Shown one piece after another: positions 14,201 through 26,920 of a stretch of DNA of 64,000 bases. The notes below the pieces were generated by a model that was not told the origin of the DNA, made no database searches, and saw only the letters and a list, made by a program, of their open reading frames with translations. The stretch comes from Raillietiella orientalis (Eukaryota), in NCBI GenBank assembly GCA_036172245.1, contig JAYWIR010000067.1, positions 124,001 through 188,000 on the forward strand, read 5' to 3'. The position numbers and the translations under genes were made by a program. Within the stretch, counting starts at the first letter, position 1. Each line of letters starts with the position of its first letter.

Positions 14201-17200
14201 GGAAAGGAGGAAAGCCAGAACTGAAGGGGGGGGGGGGTCCTCCTTTGTGCCAAGGCAACAGAAGTCAAAGCAGAGCGACTTTTTCGCGGTGATGCTGTTA
14301 GACGATTCGTTCGGATTCAAACTCGGGCCAACTGCCGATGGTTGTGATGACGGAGCTTTTGCCGCGGACTTTCAATGACGACCTCGCTTCGTCACGAGAT
14401 CTTCAGCGGTGATGGCGTCTCGTAATTGTGACGGCAGTCGATGACGTCTTTCACCAACTGCGGACTTTCCAGGCGGAGTTTCCAATCGCGAAGGTTCGAT
14501 GAAGGCATTCGATGTTCTGGTGGTGGTCTCCTTAATGACCTTGGCGTGGATCGCCATCGGTGGCATTTCGTACGGCGAATCTTCACCGTGAGTCCAGCAG
14601 TGAGGTCGCACTGGATGGCGGATGCCAGAGGAAGCCACACTCCGGTTACGATGCCGCGCTCCTCTCCTTTCCTGTCCCCCACCCCGTCCAATTGCACACG
14701 AAGAAACGGATTTCTCTTCTGTGTGACTGCGTGGCAACCCGCGTACGCTGTTCTCGATCGGCAAGGGGCCCATCTGACAAGGCCACCCATCTAGTGGCGG
14801 GAACCTCAAACTACTTCTCGGACTCGGGACAAGGAGCGTGCTAGCTCGCCCTAACTTTCCTTACTACCAGGGGCGCAATCCTGTGATCCCTCTGTTTATG
14901 ATCCTATTTTACGAGGGATAGGTCTCTCGTTTACCCTTATCCCTTACCCTTTGGGTAGGAGCAGGAGTCAAGAGGAAACGTTCTCGACGACAGCAGCAGC
15001 ATCTAGCGGGGGATTCCTTCACTTGATAATTTTCCCGCTCGTTGAGGCGCACCGGAGAAGGGTTTTCCGGAAAGGCCTTACCTTCCCCCCCCCCCCTTCC
15101 CATTAGACGGAGAAGAAGACCCATTTAAATGGGTCTGCCTCTCAGCCTACCTCCTCCTTGATCTCCTAGAACAAGGAGGGGATTAAAAAACAAATAAATA
15201 AACAGCAACAACCTTGGACTGAGCACCCTCCTTCCTCAACCAGCACGGAGGAAGACCCCACGGCATGGGCGGGCACTAACCGTCTTCCTCCCCCTTGGCA
15301 GGCTGCTCCCCGCAGGACACGAGGAGCGGCAAAGGGATCATCCCCAGGGCGAAGATCAAGACCATCAAGATGACGCTCACCATGGTCTCCGGTAGGGCCA
15401 CATCCTGCATGCATGCATGCACAGCATGGCGCACGCGCACGGATAGGGGCGCGCCACACCGGGTGGGTAAGAGAGAGAGACTTGGAGGGTCCCATCCTCT
15501 GCCCACGGAGAGTTTTCCCCGCACTGGTAAGGTCCTCAAGGTTCGAGGAACGGGAGGAAAAAGCGTGGGGGCACATCGATGAATATGTGGGTGCCGCGTC
15601 CGGTTCCGAGAGAAACGCCTAAGGGATACCCTTCAACACTTCTCCCTCATCCACGTCAACACCCTTTATAGTGCTGAAAAAAACAGGAGGAGAGAACGAA
15701 GAAGGACCAAGGAAGAGGAGGAAAGGACGAAGAAGAAAACCAAGGAGTCGGTCCGAAGTGCATCGCGGGGTGCGGAATTTCCGTTCCGTTCGGCACGCGC
15801 AGGCTAACCTCCGGTCGAAACGGCGGTCCGCAGATCCGCAGGGTCGTCGTCGTGGAAGCGGAGCGGTCGAGGCTGTGGACCGGGAAACATCCCTCCCTCT
15901 CCTGGTGCCTATCATGCACCTCTTCTTCTTCCCTTCCTCCTCCTCTCTTCCCTTCTTCTGCCGTCCTTTCTTCCTTGCTCGAAGGGAGCGGGAATGACGG
16001 TCCAAGAGGAATGTGTCGAGGGAAGGCTCGCAGGTGGAGGAGAGGACGCAAATACCACCGCATCGGATCCCACTCTGCAGCCACTGGGTGCGCGAGGTCA
16101 TCCCGACAGGATTCCCTCGCGAACTGCGGGTGCGACCTGCAGAGCACACTCTCCCTTTCGGCCTGCTTTCGGACGGAATGAGCCGCCGCGAGAGACCGTG
16201 ACCTCAGCCGAGAAAACGCCGGTCGTCCATTGGCTGAACAGACATCGACGGTGCTGCCCACTCTCCCTGACAGCGAAGGAGAGTGGGTAGAGGCCGCCGA
16301 CTCGTACAACAGCTGAATGAGTGGACTCCCCATGGGCAGAAGGGCGGAGATCACCCCCCCCCCCCCAAACGAGCGGCGCGCGTGAACTGACGCCACTACC
16401 CTCCACCCCCGTCTCTTTTTTCGCAAAGGAGACCGGGTCTCCCCGGAACACCTGGCTAGAGGCCAAGAAGAACGCCCGAGAAACCGGAAGCATCGCGCAG
16501 GTCGCGGGAAAGCTGCTTTTCCGGAAGCGCCCTCCCTGGACTCGTGGCGGAGCGAGCCCTCCGTCCCTCCCCGCGTCGCACGTAGCCAAGGACGACGAGG
16601 AAACGAGCAGAGATGCTTAGAAACGCGTATCCCTCTGCGCACTGCCGGACCAAAAGGGAAGGAAGGAGAAGAGAAGAGGACGACGAAGAGGACCAAGGAG
16701 TAGGTCCGAAGCGCATCGTGGGGTGGGGCGAATTTCCGTACCGTTCGGCACGCGCAGGCTAAGCCCCGGTCGAAACGGCGGTCCGCAGATCCGCAGGGTC
16801 GTCGTGGAAGCGGAACGGCCGGCGAAGGGAATGGAAAAGCGACGGCCTCCTCCCGGCAAGATGAAGCTCCGAGGCAACTGCTGAGCGCCCCCTCCTGGAA
16901 CCAAGGGGGCCCGTGGGGGCAGGGGCTTGAGGCTCCACTTCGTTCTACCGTCGACGGACGCGTCGGTGGTGGAACGGGTCCCCTCTCCGTTCCTTCCGGA
17001 GCCGCTAATCGTGGGCCGACGCCTGCGACATCACCGGAAGAGACTCTCCTCCTTCCGATGGTCCCGGGCACAGCACCCACGACCTCTTCTGCCTCCAAGA
17101 CCGACCGAGCCGACCTAGAGGAACGCTCCGTTCGTAGTGCCTTGAGAGCGGCTCTGCGCGTCCGCAGAGGTTTCTGCGAGGCGGCTCGCATCGACCAATG

Positions 17201-20057
17201 GGGGCCGTTTGCGCAGCAATGCTTCGAGCCCCCATCTGCCCTCTTCTCCCCGTCACCTTCCCGGCTGCCACTCCGCGCGCTTCGGTTTTGCGTTCCGTCC
17301 ATGGAAACCCATGAGTGAGAGGAAGAGGAGGAGGGGGAGGTCTCGGTCGTCCCCATGGCACTGTTGCGCGCTAAACAAGCTGACGAGCCGACGACCGGAA
17401 TCTTGGGAGGCAGCTCCATAAGTCAGCGGGCGCCCACGGCTCGCTACCCCCTATCTCCCCCGTGCCTTGCCGACGACGCGCTTCGCCGCGTTTCAGGCGC
17501 CCGCGTGCCCCGGGCGCCAGCATGACTGCTCTGCCCTTCCCCTTCGTGGCCTGTGTCCACTCGCCGGACGAGACTTCCCCATGGCTTCGGCTTCCGTGGA
17601 GGCTGCGAGTGACCTTCCGGACTGCCCACGCTCTTTCAAGAGGGAAGGCGTCTGCGCCGCCTTCCCTCTTGAGTTGGCCGGGGTCGAAAAGGGAGGGGAA
17701 GAGGGGGGATGTCGTCGAACGCCCCCTTTCGCGCTCCGCCCCCTCTCCAGCTGCTGGTGCCCCAACGTTCTCACCGTCTCTCTCTCTCTCCCCCTCCTGC
17801 CGGTGCCTAGTCTTCGTCGCCTGCTGGAGCCCATACATCATCTTCGACCTCATGCAGACGTTCGGCTACATCGCTCCGTCCAAGACCACCTTCGCGACCG
17901 CCACCTTCATACAGAGCCTAGCGTCGGTGAACTCGGCAGCCAACCCGTTCATCTACTACCTCTTCTCCCTGAGGAAGATCAGGAGGCCCAGGTTGTATGC
18001 TCCTTTGCGTGCTCCCTGGTCCGCCAGCCGGCGCGTGGAAGCGGGCGGTGTCGGGCGGGAGGGTTGCGCGCCAGAGAGGTCGCCTTGTCCCGTGTGCATG
18101 CCTCGCGCGCGCCGTCGGCGCTGCAATCCGGCCGCCTTCGGTCCGTGGTACGGGCGTGCTGCGTGCCGATATGCGCCTGGCTCCGAGCGCCACCGCCACC
18201 CCGTGCTCCCGCACCGGGAAGCTGGCTGCCGGCGATGGTTCCTGGCGAGGGAGACGGAGGAGGGACGCAATTGGCCGTCCCGGAGAGGAGGCGCGGACGC
18301 CTGGTCTCCGACGATGGGAAGATCCCGAAGCTTTTCAGAGGGGGCGAAAACAGGGAGAAGAAAGCGGTGTCGCCACGCAAGGGAGGGAGGCGAAGCGCGC
18401 CCTCGCGGGCATACTCGCGTTGCGCAGGCGCCCAACCATTTGAGCTGGCGATCGCCGCGCCTCCTCCGTCCCTGCCCCCAAGCTCCCGCCCTCGTTCTCG
18501 ACGTCTTCAGTACGCGAACCTCTCCAGAGAGGCCGCCACGAGTCTGTCAACGACGGTGCCTTCCCTGCCTGCTTCGTGCGGCCGCCTGGCGGATGCAAAC
18601 GCTTCTCTCCTGCGCTGTTTTTTTTTTCTTCTCCCCCCCCCTATCTTACATACTTTCCACACTCCTCGATTTGCATACTGTTTATGGCATTCGATTCTTT
18701 ATACGACTATGCAGATGAAATCTCGTTGAGCATGCTTTTGTAAGAATGTACGTACATCTGGCAACATTTCTCCAGCATCTTCCTCTCTCTCTCTCTCTCT
18801 GTTTTATTACTGGAGTGCGCACACGTGTTTGATTTGTTTAGCCGTGTGTACACGTACGGCCCGAATTCTCTTTGACCTTGCTGTGTACACGTGTTTGCAA
18901 ATAGCCGAGCTGCTTATTTTCGCGTACGGGACGCAGATGAATTCCCACCTCCGTTGCGCTCGCAGCTTCCGTTTTTTTTCCCGCCTCCTTTCGCGGGCAA
19001 CCCTGCGCGGCCCCTCCGCTCCGTCTGCTTGGCGCGTGCGCGCCATGCGAAACTTCCGCAGCGGCGCGTCGCTTGGAAACGGCGACTACCTGGTACCAAG
19101 CTCAATCCAGATTTTCCATCGAATCGAAAAAATATATACATATACGTTTATAAATAACAAATATATTCTTTACATATATATATTTGTTTCCCGACACCTG
19201 ACATTTCCTTTAGGTATTTATGATTGCATCCTGGAAAGGGGATTTTTTTTTTTTTTTTCCAGACATGTTTTATTCATGGATTTTACAAACGCATGGAATA
19301 TGAAAGAGCCGAGAGAGCACAGCGCAAGCGTCGGTGACGACAGCACGGGAAGGGGAGGGGGGAGAGGTGAACTCCCGTGAAAGAAATTAGCGAGGAAATG
19401 AGGTGGGAGGGAGCAGCGGATTTCGGTTTCCGGTTTTCGCGAAGGGAACCAAAAAGGAAGAGGAAATCCTTTGCCAGGGATTTTCGAGACGGAGGCGCTA
19501 GACGGGAGGAGCCAATCCGAGGTCCGCTCACCGATGGGAGAGAGCGCGCGCGCGCGCGGGCGCAGCGTGCCAGGGATGGAAGGGTGGGTGGGGAAGACCG
19601 CGTTCATCAGTGCTTCGCGCAGAGGCACTCGCGCTTGGAGCCTGGAGGCTCATGCTTCGTGCCTTCCTTGTGCAATTCCTCCCACCCCACCCCCCTCCGC
19701 CGCCGGCGCACAGTCTGCCTTGCAGACGAAGAGGGTTCGGCGTGGCTCCGCACTTCGCCATCGCGGCGGTAGCTCCCCGCCATGCAGCCCTCCTCCTTGC
19801 TCCGGACGGGGGAACCCCCGAGCGGACCCGACGAGCGCACGCACCATAACTGGCGCGGCCCCACGCTCCACGCCCCCCTGCTCACGCCTTCTGTCCCCAG
19901 GGCACGGGGCTCTCTCGCATCCTACTGCTGCTGCGAGAGCTTCGGAGACTCCAACAAGTTTTCCAGGGGGAGCAACAGGAGAACGACCCAGACGCTTCTG
20001 CTGAACACGAAGACGCCCCTCCACAGCGACAACCCTTCAAGGAAGGCCAACGACTGA
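4131..20057 (+). CDS. CCAP-R: Crustacean cardioactive peptide (CCAP) receptor-like class A GPCR (NPS/vasopressin receptor group); 8 coding exons identified, N-terminal exon not resolved
   Basis: Exons 4131-4266 ([33 protein letters not shown]), 5550-5653 ([18 protein letters not shown]), 6219-6312 ([18 protein letters not shown]), 7173-7268 ([11 protein letters not shown]), 7345-7533 ([37 protein letters not shown]), 15302-15391 ([14 protein letters not shown]), 17811-17991 ([41 protein letters not shown]), 19901-20057 (CCC tail, TGA). All introns GT-AG with matching phases. DRY, CWxPY and NPxIY motifs present; [10 protein letters not shown] and ATFIQSLA are characteristic of CCAP receptors. 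Confidence 0.93.
9641..9710. repeat. Imperfect (TATC)n microsatellite
   Basis: atctatctat...ctatctatctatct. Confidence 0.85.
10924..10992. repeat. Compound microsatellite (TTTG)n(TG)n(CG)n
   Basis: Direct reading of the sequence. Confidence 0.9.
11255..11285. repeat. Poly-T tract (about 31 nt)
   Basis: Direct reading of the sequence. Confidence 0.9.
15739..16818 (+). repeat. Direct repeat pair of about 127 bp (15739-15866 and 16692-16818) in a GPCR intron
   Basis: Both copies read accaaggagt.ggtccgaag.gcatcg.gggg..gaatttccgt.ccgttcggcacgcgcaggctaa...ccggtcgaaacggcggtccgcagatccgcagggtcgtcgt..ggaagcgga.cgg with few differences. Confidence 0.9.
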
Positions 20058-20229
20058 TGTCTCGGTTTGGTCCCAGCGTTCCCCCTCCTCGGAGGCCCAC
20101 CCTGGCCCCTAGTGCCAAAAGGGGGCGGAAGGAAGAAGCGCCGCCGCCGGGAGAAACGCGCCACCTTCAGGAACCGCAGAGACGAAATAAAACGGGGGCG
20201 ATCGTTGCTGGCCGAGGGCGCTCGCTGCT

Positions 20230-20640
20230 CTTTCAGCGCCGCCCGAGAACACCTGCCGCTCTTCGAGCTGTAGGGGGTGACCCCAGAGGGAACCCCCTCT
20301 TTTCCCTTTTCCTCTCTGGAGAGATCTCTCGGCTTGTGGGGGCCGCTCCTTGCTTCTTCCTCTGGAGAGAACCCCGAAGGCAACAGCGCGCTTCTTGCGC
20401 CCTGGAGAGGTGACCCCGAGGGGGGGTATCGACTAGCTCCGTGGCACGCAATGGAGGACTGCTCCCCTAGGAGGCAAGGGTCGACTCCATTCTGACAACC
20501 GCAGGGGAACCTTGAATGGATGGTCAACAGGGGCATCTGGCGTCTGTCAGTGCCGCCGCACGCGAAGCCACCCAGGGCCAACCAGCGCCATCCTGCGTGG
20601 AGGGATAGGGGAGGAAGAGGACTCGGAACCCGTTCTGTTC
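20230..20640 (-). mobile_element. SINE-like element, copy 4 (antisense, just downstream of the GPCR stop codon)
   Basis: The reverse complement contains gggttccgagt..gcaggatggcgctggttggcc..gcggcactg and gagctagtcgatacccccc..tcggggtcacctctccag, matching copies 1 and 2 (e.g. 48723-48760). Confidence 0.6.
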
Positions 20641-23600
20641 TGCCGCCGCCTCACGGCCCCCACCGCAGGGCTCTCCGGTCGCTCTGCAGCTGCGGGAACT
20701 CGGATCCCCCCCAGACTGGGCAGCCTCCGCGGTCTCCACCGCGCGCGCGGGAGCTCGAATGCCTCGGTAGGCCGCGCCAGCGAAGCGAGCGAGTAGGCCG
20801 CAGGGTGCCGCTTCGGAGAGCGGGACGCCGCCTCCGGAAACTCTGCCTCCCTCCCTCCCCCCCCTTCCTCTCTCACTCCCTGCTTCCCCCTGAGGACGTG
20901 ACTTCAGTCGCGCGAGAGCCGGAGGATCCGAAAGAGACCTCCACCCCGGCGTCAGAAAAGCACGAGTCGCGTCGGGAAGGAATGGAGGGGAGGGGAGGTG
21001 GCAGGACAGCTAGAGAAACCCTCTCTCGGACGCGGGACCTGGGAGGCTGCCACGAGTCCGGGTTTATCGAGAACCGATCCCGCGGTAGGGGAACGAGGGT
21101 CCGAGGACTGGAAACGCGCCCTGCCGGGTTCGGCTTTCGTTCCTCCCTCCCCCCCCGTCACGCTGAGCCTCCACCCCCGTATCCTTCCCGAGGAGGCACG
21201 CGCACGCCGGAGGCTCTGCTTGACGACGCCCTTCCCTCGGACCGCCGTCCCGGTGCTCTCCGCCGGCGCCGGACGAGGCGGAGATCTTCGGGGGAAACGC
21301 CGCCGCCGTCGGCGCGTTCCCCTGCCGTTTAACCTTCCCTGCGCCACAGTGCTTCGCTGCCCCGCGCTCTCCCCTTCTCTAGGTCACGTGCCTGGCGGCC
21401 TTACTCCCATTAAAAGAGAGGTCATCGTCGACATCCTGAGGTTGGCGGGAGTTCCACTTGCGCCTACCTCTGGATTAGCGTCCGTTCCTCCCCATCCCCT
21501 CCTTTTCCTGTCTATGCTTTTCCTGTGTCAATCCATCTTCACCCGATGATCATCTTACGACTCTTCCGTGTCCCCACTCGGCTTTCGGTGGCATTTCTTC
21601 GTGAGTCCGTCTTTTCCACCTCCCTCTTCCCGTCCTCCTTCCGTTTCAGCTCGCCTGCTGCCGCCTCGCGGACCGCTTGGACGTTTTGTTTTCCGGGAGG
21701 CCAGATGGCAGAGGAAAGGGAGGAGGAGGAAGGGGGGGGGGTCAAATCGCTTCCAAGGTCCGGCAGCCTTCCATTGGCGTGAGATGACCCTGGTCGTGAC
21801 CCGTCCTGGATGGCCCGGCGAGAACTCCCGCAGCAGGTCTCTTCCTCGGAGCCGTCTGCGGACTTGGAGGTGGCGGTCGGCGCAGCAAACACGGGGGCAA
21901 CAACTGTCCAGCACTTGTTGCGCAACGGGCAGTCTCGAAGCCCATGATGATCGCACTGGTGTGGGACCTTCTGTGCAAACGCAAGAGAAAGAAAGAAACG
22001 TCATCATCACACGAGAACTCACGGGTCTATTCGGAAATCTCTGCAGGACCTTCCCGCCGGAATCTCAGCTTCGAAGAGTGTAACAGCAGCAGCATTCCAT
22101 GGCTATCGTACTCGTCCCTGCCGCGCATCTCGTGCAAACGGGAAGAGAAGGGGAAGTTGATCTCCGGTCACCGACGGCACCCAGATGAGACCATGCTGAC
22201 TTTTGGAATTTCCGGAACACGAACACCTCGCCTCCCTGCTCTCGACATCTCTCCCCTGCCTTGCTGTTGTTTTGCTTTTCTTCGCGCTGTTTTTGTTTTC
22301 CTGCATCTCTTTTAATCAGGTCGGATGAAAGTGGAACTCAGAAGCAAGAAGAAGAGGAAGCAAAAATCTCAGGGGACGGATCGACGCGTGCTTCGAGCTG
22401 CGGGCTGATGGAAACCGAGAAAGTTTCCGCTATTCGAAATATTTCGAAGTCGAAAAATGTTGGCAAGCAGCTCTGGCACCCACCCCGGTAGGCCTTTGAC
22501 GGCGCGATCGGCAAGGCGCCACCGCCGCGCGCGCTCGCACGAAACCGGCAGCGGGAACGATGGCGCGCTTGAATTCCGTTCCGAAAATTTTTCGTCTGCT
22601 CGTTCCACGCATTTCATTCCGGGATAGGGAAAACTCCAAAACGCCCGGCGTCGAACTCCAAACACTTCCGTGGATGCAGTTTCGTGTTGCCTCGACGGGG
22701 GACGGGCGATGCATTTGGAGCAACAGCACAATTGCAAATTTCGGTCCTCTCCCCCCCCCTCCCCTTTCGCAATTCAAACAAGGGGGCCGAGTGCTGAGGC
22801 AAGATCCAGAAAAAATTACAGCAGCGAAGATTCCGTTGCCTTGCGCCGACAAAGAAAACATCAGTCTGGAGCACACGGAATCCCAGAAAGAACAACGTTA
22901 TACTGTTATTGCTTTCGCATTTGATGGAACCTATAAAGGAACTATTTTTATCTTTTTATGTCTTTTTTATCAGTCGAAACGAATTGCCTTTCACGAAATG
23001 AATCAACAAGTATCCGAGATTCTGATGCTGCGTCCAGAGTAGATGAAACGCCGTGCTGACAAATCACCTATTGTTAGTCCCACGTGCACTTTGGTGGGTT
23101 CCGTGCATGATTTCCTTAAACGAAAAGGCCAAATACGAAAAGCCTTTCCTGGTCAGGTGGAGTCGGAACCGGTGAATGAGCAGCAGCGGAGAATATGTGT
23201 TTTTGTTTGCATCCAGCACATTCTTTTTGCAGGCAAGGGAAAGTCAGCGGAGTATGTGGTTGCGCTTTCAGGCCTGCCATTCCTTGGTGTGAGCAGACAA
23301 TGGCGGTGTGATGTTGGCAACGCTGCATTGTGCATTGGCACTTTCACTTGGATGAAGCTGGAAAAGCTGCAAAATCAGCACATTCAAAGAAGTTCATGGG
23401 TTTTTTTTTTTTTTGGTTTTTTTTTTTTTTCCTTGGAGGGGGGGGGGCGGGCATTTCACATTAGGAGGATGCATTCCTTCCATAGCGATCGCCTACTCGG
23501 AATTACTCAGTGCATAAGAAATTAGACATGGTGGCACAAATCTGAATTTTTTTTTTTTTTAAAAAAAAAGAAAAGAAAAGAAAGAAACGGTGGAAATAGA

Positions 23601-24499
23601 GAGATTGCATGCATCTGCACGGATCTACGATAGATCGGAAATTCGAGGATCTGCAAGGGAAGCAAGCAGCGGACTTTCCGTGCAACTCGTATGCGGTCTC
23701 CTTCTCTCAGGCAGAAGCGCACTTGCGTATAGCGCCGCTGATGTACATTGCTGGGGATCTGTACAGCAGAGTTCGGGCAGGAGACCGCTCATCTCCCTCC
23801 CTGGTTTCAGCAGAGGTCGGAAAGGAGCAGACAACTGATCCCGAGGCGGGAAGAGTGTTTGGATAAAGGAGGGTGTTTTCTCGGGCGGGCAGGCAAACAC
23901 GAGGCGCCGCCGTGTGACCCCCCAACGCCGCCTCCCTTTGACCAAAAGACCTGCTCGCGGAAGGCCCAACACAAAGTGGCTGCTGACCAAAAGGAGTAAA
24001 ACAGACACGAGCGCGGGTCGCTTTCAGAACGATTTCCTTTGTTTTGTCGGATGCTGAGGATGATGCGCGCTCTCCGTGTTTATGCATCCGAAAGGAAATT
24101 GGGAGATCCTTCGCCAACGCGACAAAGAAACATTAAAGAAAGCGTTTGCCCCGATGGAGGATTCATGTTCGAAGGCTAATCTACGTTAACCCAAAGGGGA
24201 AAAGAAAATCGCCCTAAAATCATGAAATTTTGTGATTTATCCTTGGTTTATTGTTCATTCGAATCCTACGTAGTGAATGTGTGTGAAGGTTAATTTCAGA
24301 GTGGTTATTAAATTAAACGGTTCTTCCGTATCTTGGTCGAATGAATCAGTTATGTTTCATGAGTACTTAACACACAGTGAGTAATGCATGTAGGTTTCGG
24401 TTCATAAATTTTCGCAAACAGTTGACGATATCGTGCAGAGGGAGAGAGGAGGAGGGAGGGAGAGGGGTGGAGGAGAGGGGGGGGAGAGGGGGGGAGAGA

Positions 24500-24503
<4 letters not shown>

Positions 24504-24540
<37 letters not shown>
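24504..24540. repeat. (GA)n microsatellite / polypurine tract
   Basis: gagagagagagagagag.. within a purine-rich block starting near 24437. Confidence 0.85.
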
Positions 24541-26051
24541 GAGCATTTGTGCATTGGAGACGGTCTCATGATGCTGAGCGTGCACGTGTGAGCGAGTAAT
24601 CGTGAATGGTTTTTGGACGGTTATTCTTCGGAGCATCCGTGGCAGTGGTTGATTTGCTATTGAATTCCCGACTGGGCGCAAGGTCTTCCCGCGCCGAATA
24701 AGGAGTGCATAAAAAAATCGTGCGTGTGCTTGGCATGCTTGTTCGGCCTGCGGCTCCGTGTTGGTGCAACAACCTTGTTTTGCCCTGCCCTCTTCTCAAT
24801 CCCACTGCTCGTGGGGCCTCTTGTTGTGAGCGCCACCATTTCGTGGGGCGTCCGCCACCCCCGGGGTTTGCCCGGCGCGCGCGCGCGCGGCTTTAATTGT
24901 CGCGGATTCTCCCGAGCGTAATGAGAGGACGATTACCGGGGAAAAAAGGAGAGGAAAAAAGTTTCTTTTATGGTTCTTTAAGAAGAAGATGGAGTTAATT
25001 GCCGTGCCAATCATTTTCTTCGCGTAATTGTGGAGCAGACGGAGTTCATTTTGATAGATTGCTTTTTAAGTTCGACGTCGAAACGTTTTCCGGTGTCGGC
25101 CGGACAGCCGCGCCGCGGAGTGTGGCCGCTGCCTCCTTGGACGATGGTACCGATCCGGGAGTCTGTGCAGAGCAGGACCATATGTGTTGGGGGAGTGCAG
25201 TTTCCCCCCCCCCTTTTTTTCGTCTTTTTTTTGGGGGGGGAGGGAGGGAGGGGGAGCTTTCCGTGTGTGTGCGTTGTGTTCTTGGACGTTTTCCTTCCTC
25301 CGTTTTCTTTCTTTCCCTTTTTCTACGGGCACCGCCGCTCCGTCTGTGGGAACCAACTGCTTCCGGAGGATGGGGCGTTTCGTGGTCAGTGGGCCACGCT
25401 CTTGGACGGTGCAAAAAGGGCGGTTGCAGATGCTGCATCAGACCGATCGGCCTCGTCTTTTCCAAGCGTTCTGGAACCGAGCAGGCGGGGGAGGTACAGA
25501 CAGGCATTCCAAGCCCACATCACTTTGCCGCCGCCGTGTCTTTTCCTTCTTTCTTTCCTTTTTTCCCCCATCTGCAGTCACTCTTGTGTGGTTTGGGTAT
25601 CAGCATAGGATTTCACCCAGTGTGTGTGTGTGTGTGTGTGTTTTCCACGTGAACGTCTGTCTTTCTGTCTCATTTAGTGAGTGCCCCCCCCCGTGCTTGG
25701 GAAGACGTTTGTGTGCTTTGTGGGTTCGTAAATAATAAGTTCGAGTTTGGGCTGGAAATGTTGGACCAGGAACTTTGCAAAATGCCTTCGTGCTTTCTTA
25801 AAGTGTGTTTCTATGTGTTTTCCTTTCGTTTTCCGTGAAAATAAATTCTCTAAAACGAGGATTTCGGATTTTGTAAGTAATTTGAATGTGTTAAGTTTGA
25901 AAGCATTTGTTCCGTGAGAATAATGCATTAGCAGTGAAATTATTGTAGTTCTTGCCAATGCCGAGATGATGCAAGTTGTGAGCAAAGCTTTAGATCGATC
26001 CCCCCCTCCCTTTTTTTTTTTTTTTCCTTTTTTTTCCTTCTCTCTTTATAG

Positions 26052-26168
26052 GTACTTCAAACGTCATCCTCGTTCTGAAATCTGGGTTTACAGTTTTGCA
26101 TAAAGTCTTGCAAGGAGTATTGCTATTAGAGAAGTTCAAAATTCAGAGCAACTTCAACTAAAGTTATG
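26052..26168 (+). other. Probable upstream (mostly 5'UTR) exon, possibly of the TOX gene
   Basis: A long polypyrimidine tract ends in TAG at 26051, and the exon ends ATG|GTAAAT. All three frames contain stops before the terminal ATG. Confidence 0.4.
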
Positions 26169-26874
26169 GTAAATTTTTCAATAATATTTCTTTATCATTT
26201 TTATCAGTGTTTTTCACTTCTAGATCAGAATTTTCCATTTAACCGTCTATTTCAAACAATTCTAGATACATGAACATCATGAAAACATTTATAGCTTAAG
26301 TGCGATAAAATATTGAAAAGTTACTTTAGTTTTAGGACAGAATTTAGCTGCTTTGTTAACGAAAATGTTAAAAAAATAGTTAAGTAATAAATTGTTGAAA
26401 TGTATACAATGGTAAGAATAAGCTTTATTATTGAGGAAAATTTTATGGCACAAAGTGTTTCATTATTGTTTGGTGATTATATGAATCAAACTTTAGAAAT
26501 ATACAAGTAGCTTAAGAACAAATAATGAGAAATAGCTAGCTTCCAAGTGTAAGGAAATGATTGAATGCTGTGTAATCACTTTGTCCAAATATTCTAATTT
26601 CTCTGAAAATGTGCATTTGTATTGCCATTGCTGTTTGTATTATGAGTTGGGTAAAAAAGAAATTTATTGTTTTCAAAAATAATTCAAAATGTTGACAAAA
26701 TCCCAGGTGCCTCAAGAAATTTAAGTTTTAATAGGATGGGGTGTATTATATGGCCATGTGTAGAGGGTTAAATGTTGCAACTGTTTTTATTTTTTTTTTT
26801 CATATATATGTCAATTTGATTAGAATTTGTTTGTTATGTGAAAGACAATTGCTTGTGATGAAGATTAAGCGAGT

Positions 26875-26920
26875 GCTACTTTTACAGTGAGTGCTTGCTT
26901 CCACTCTCTGTAAAAGTAGT
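26875..26920. repeat. Hairpin (12 bp + 5 bp stem, 8-nt loop)
   Basis: ctacttttacag-t-gagtg-cttgcttc-cactc-t-ctgtaaaagtag. Confidence 0.85.
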
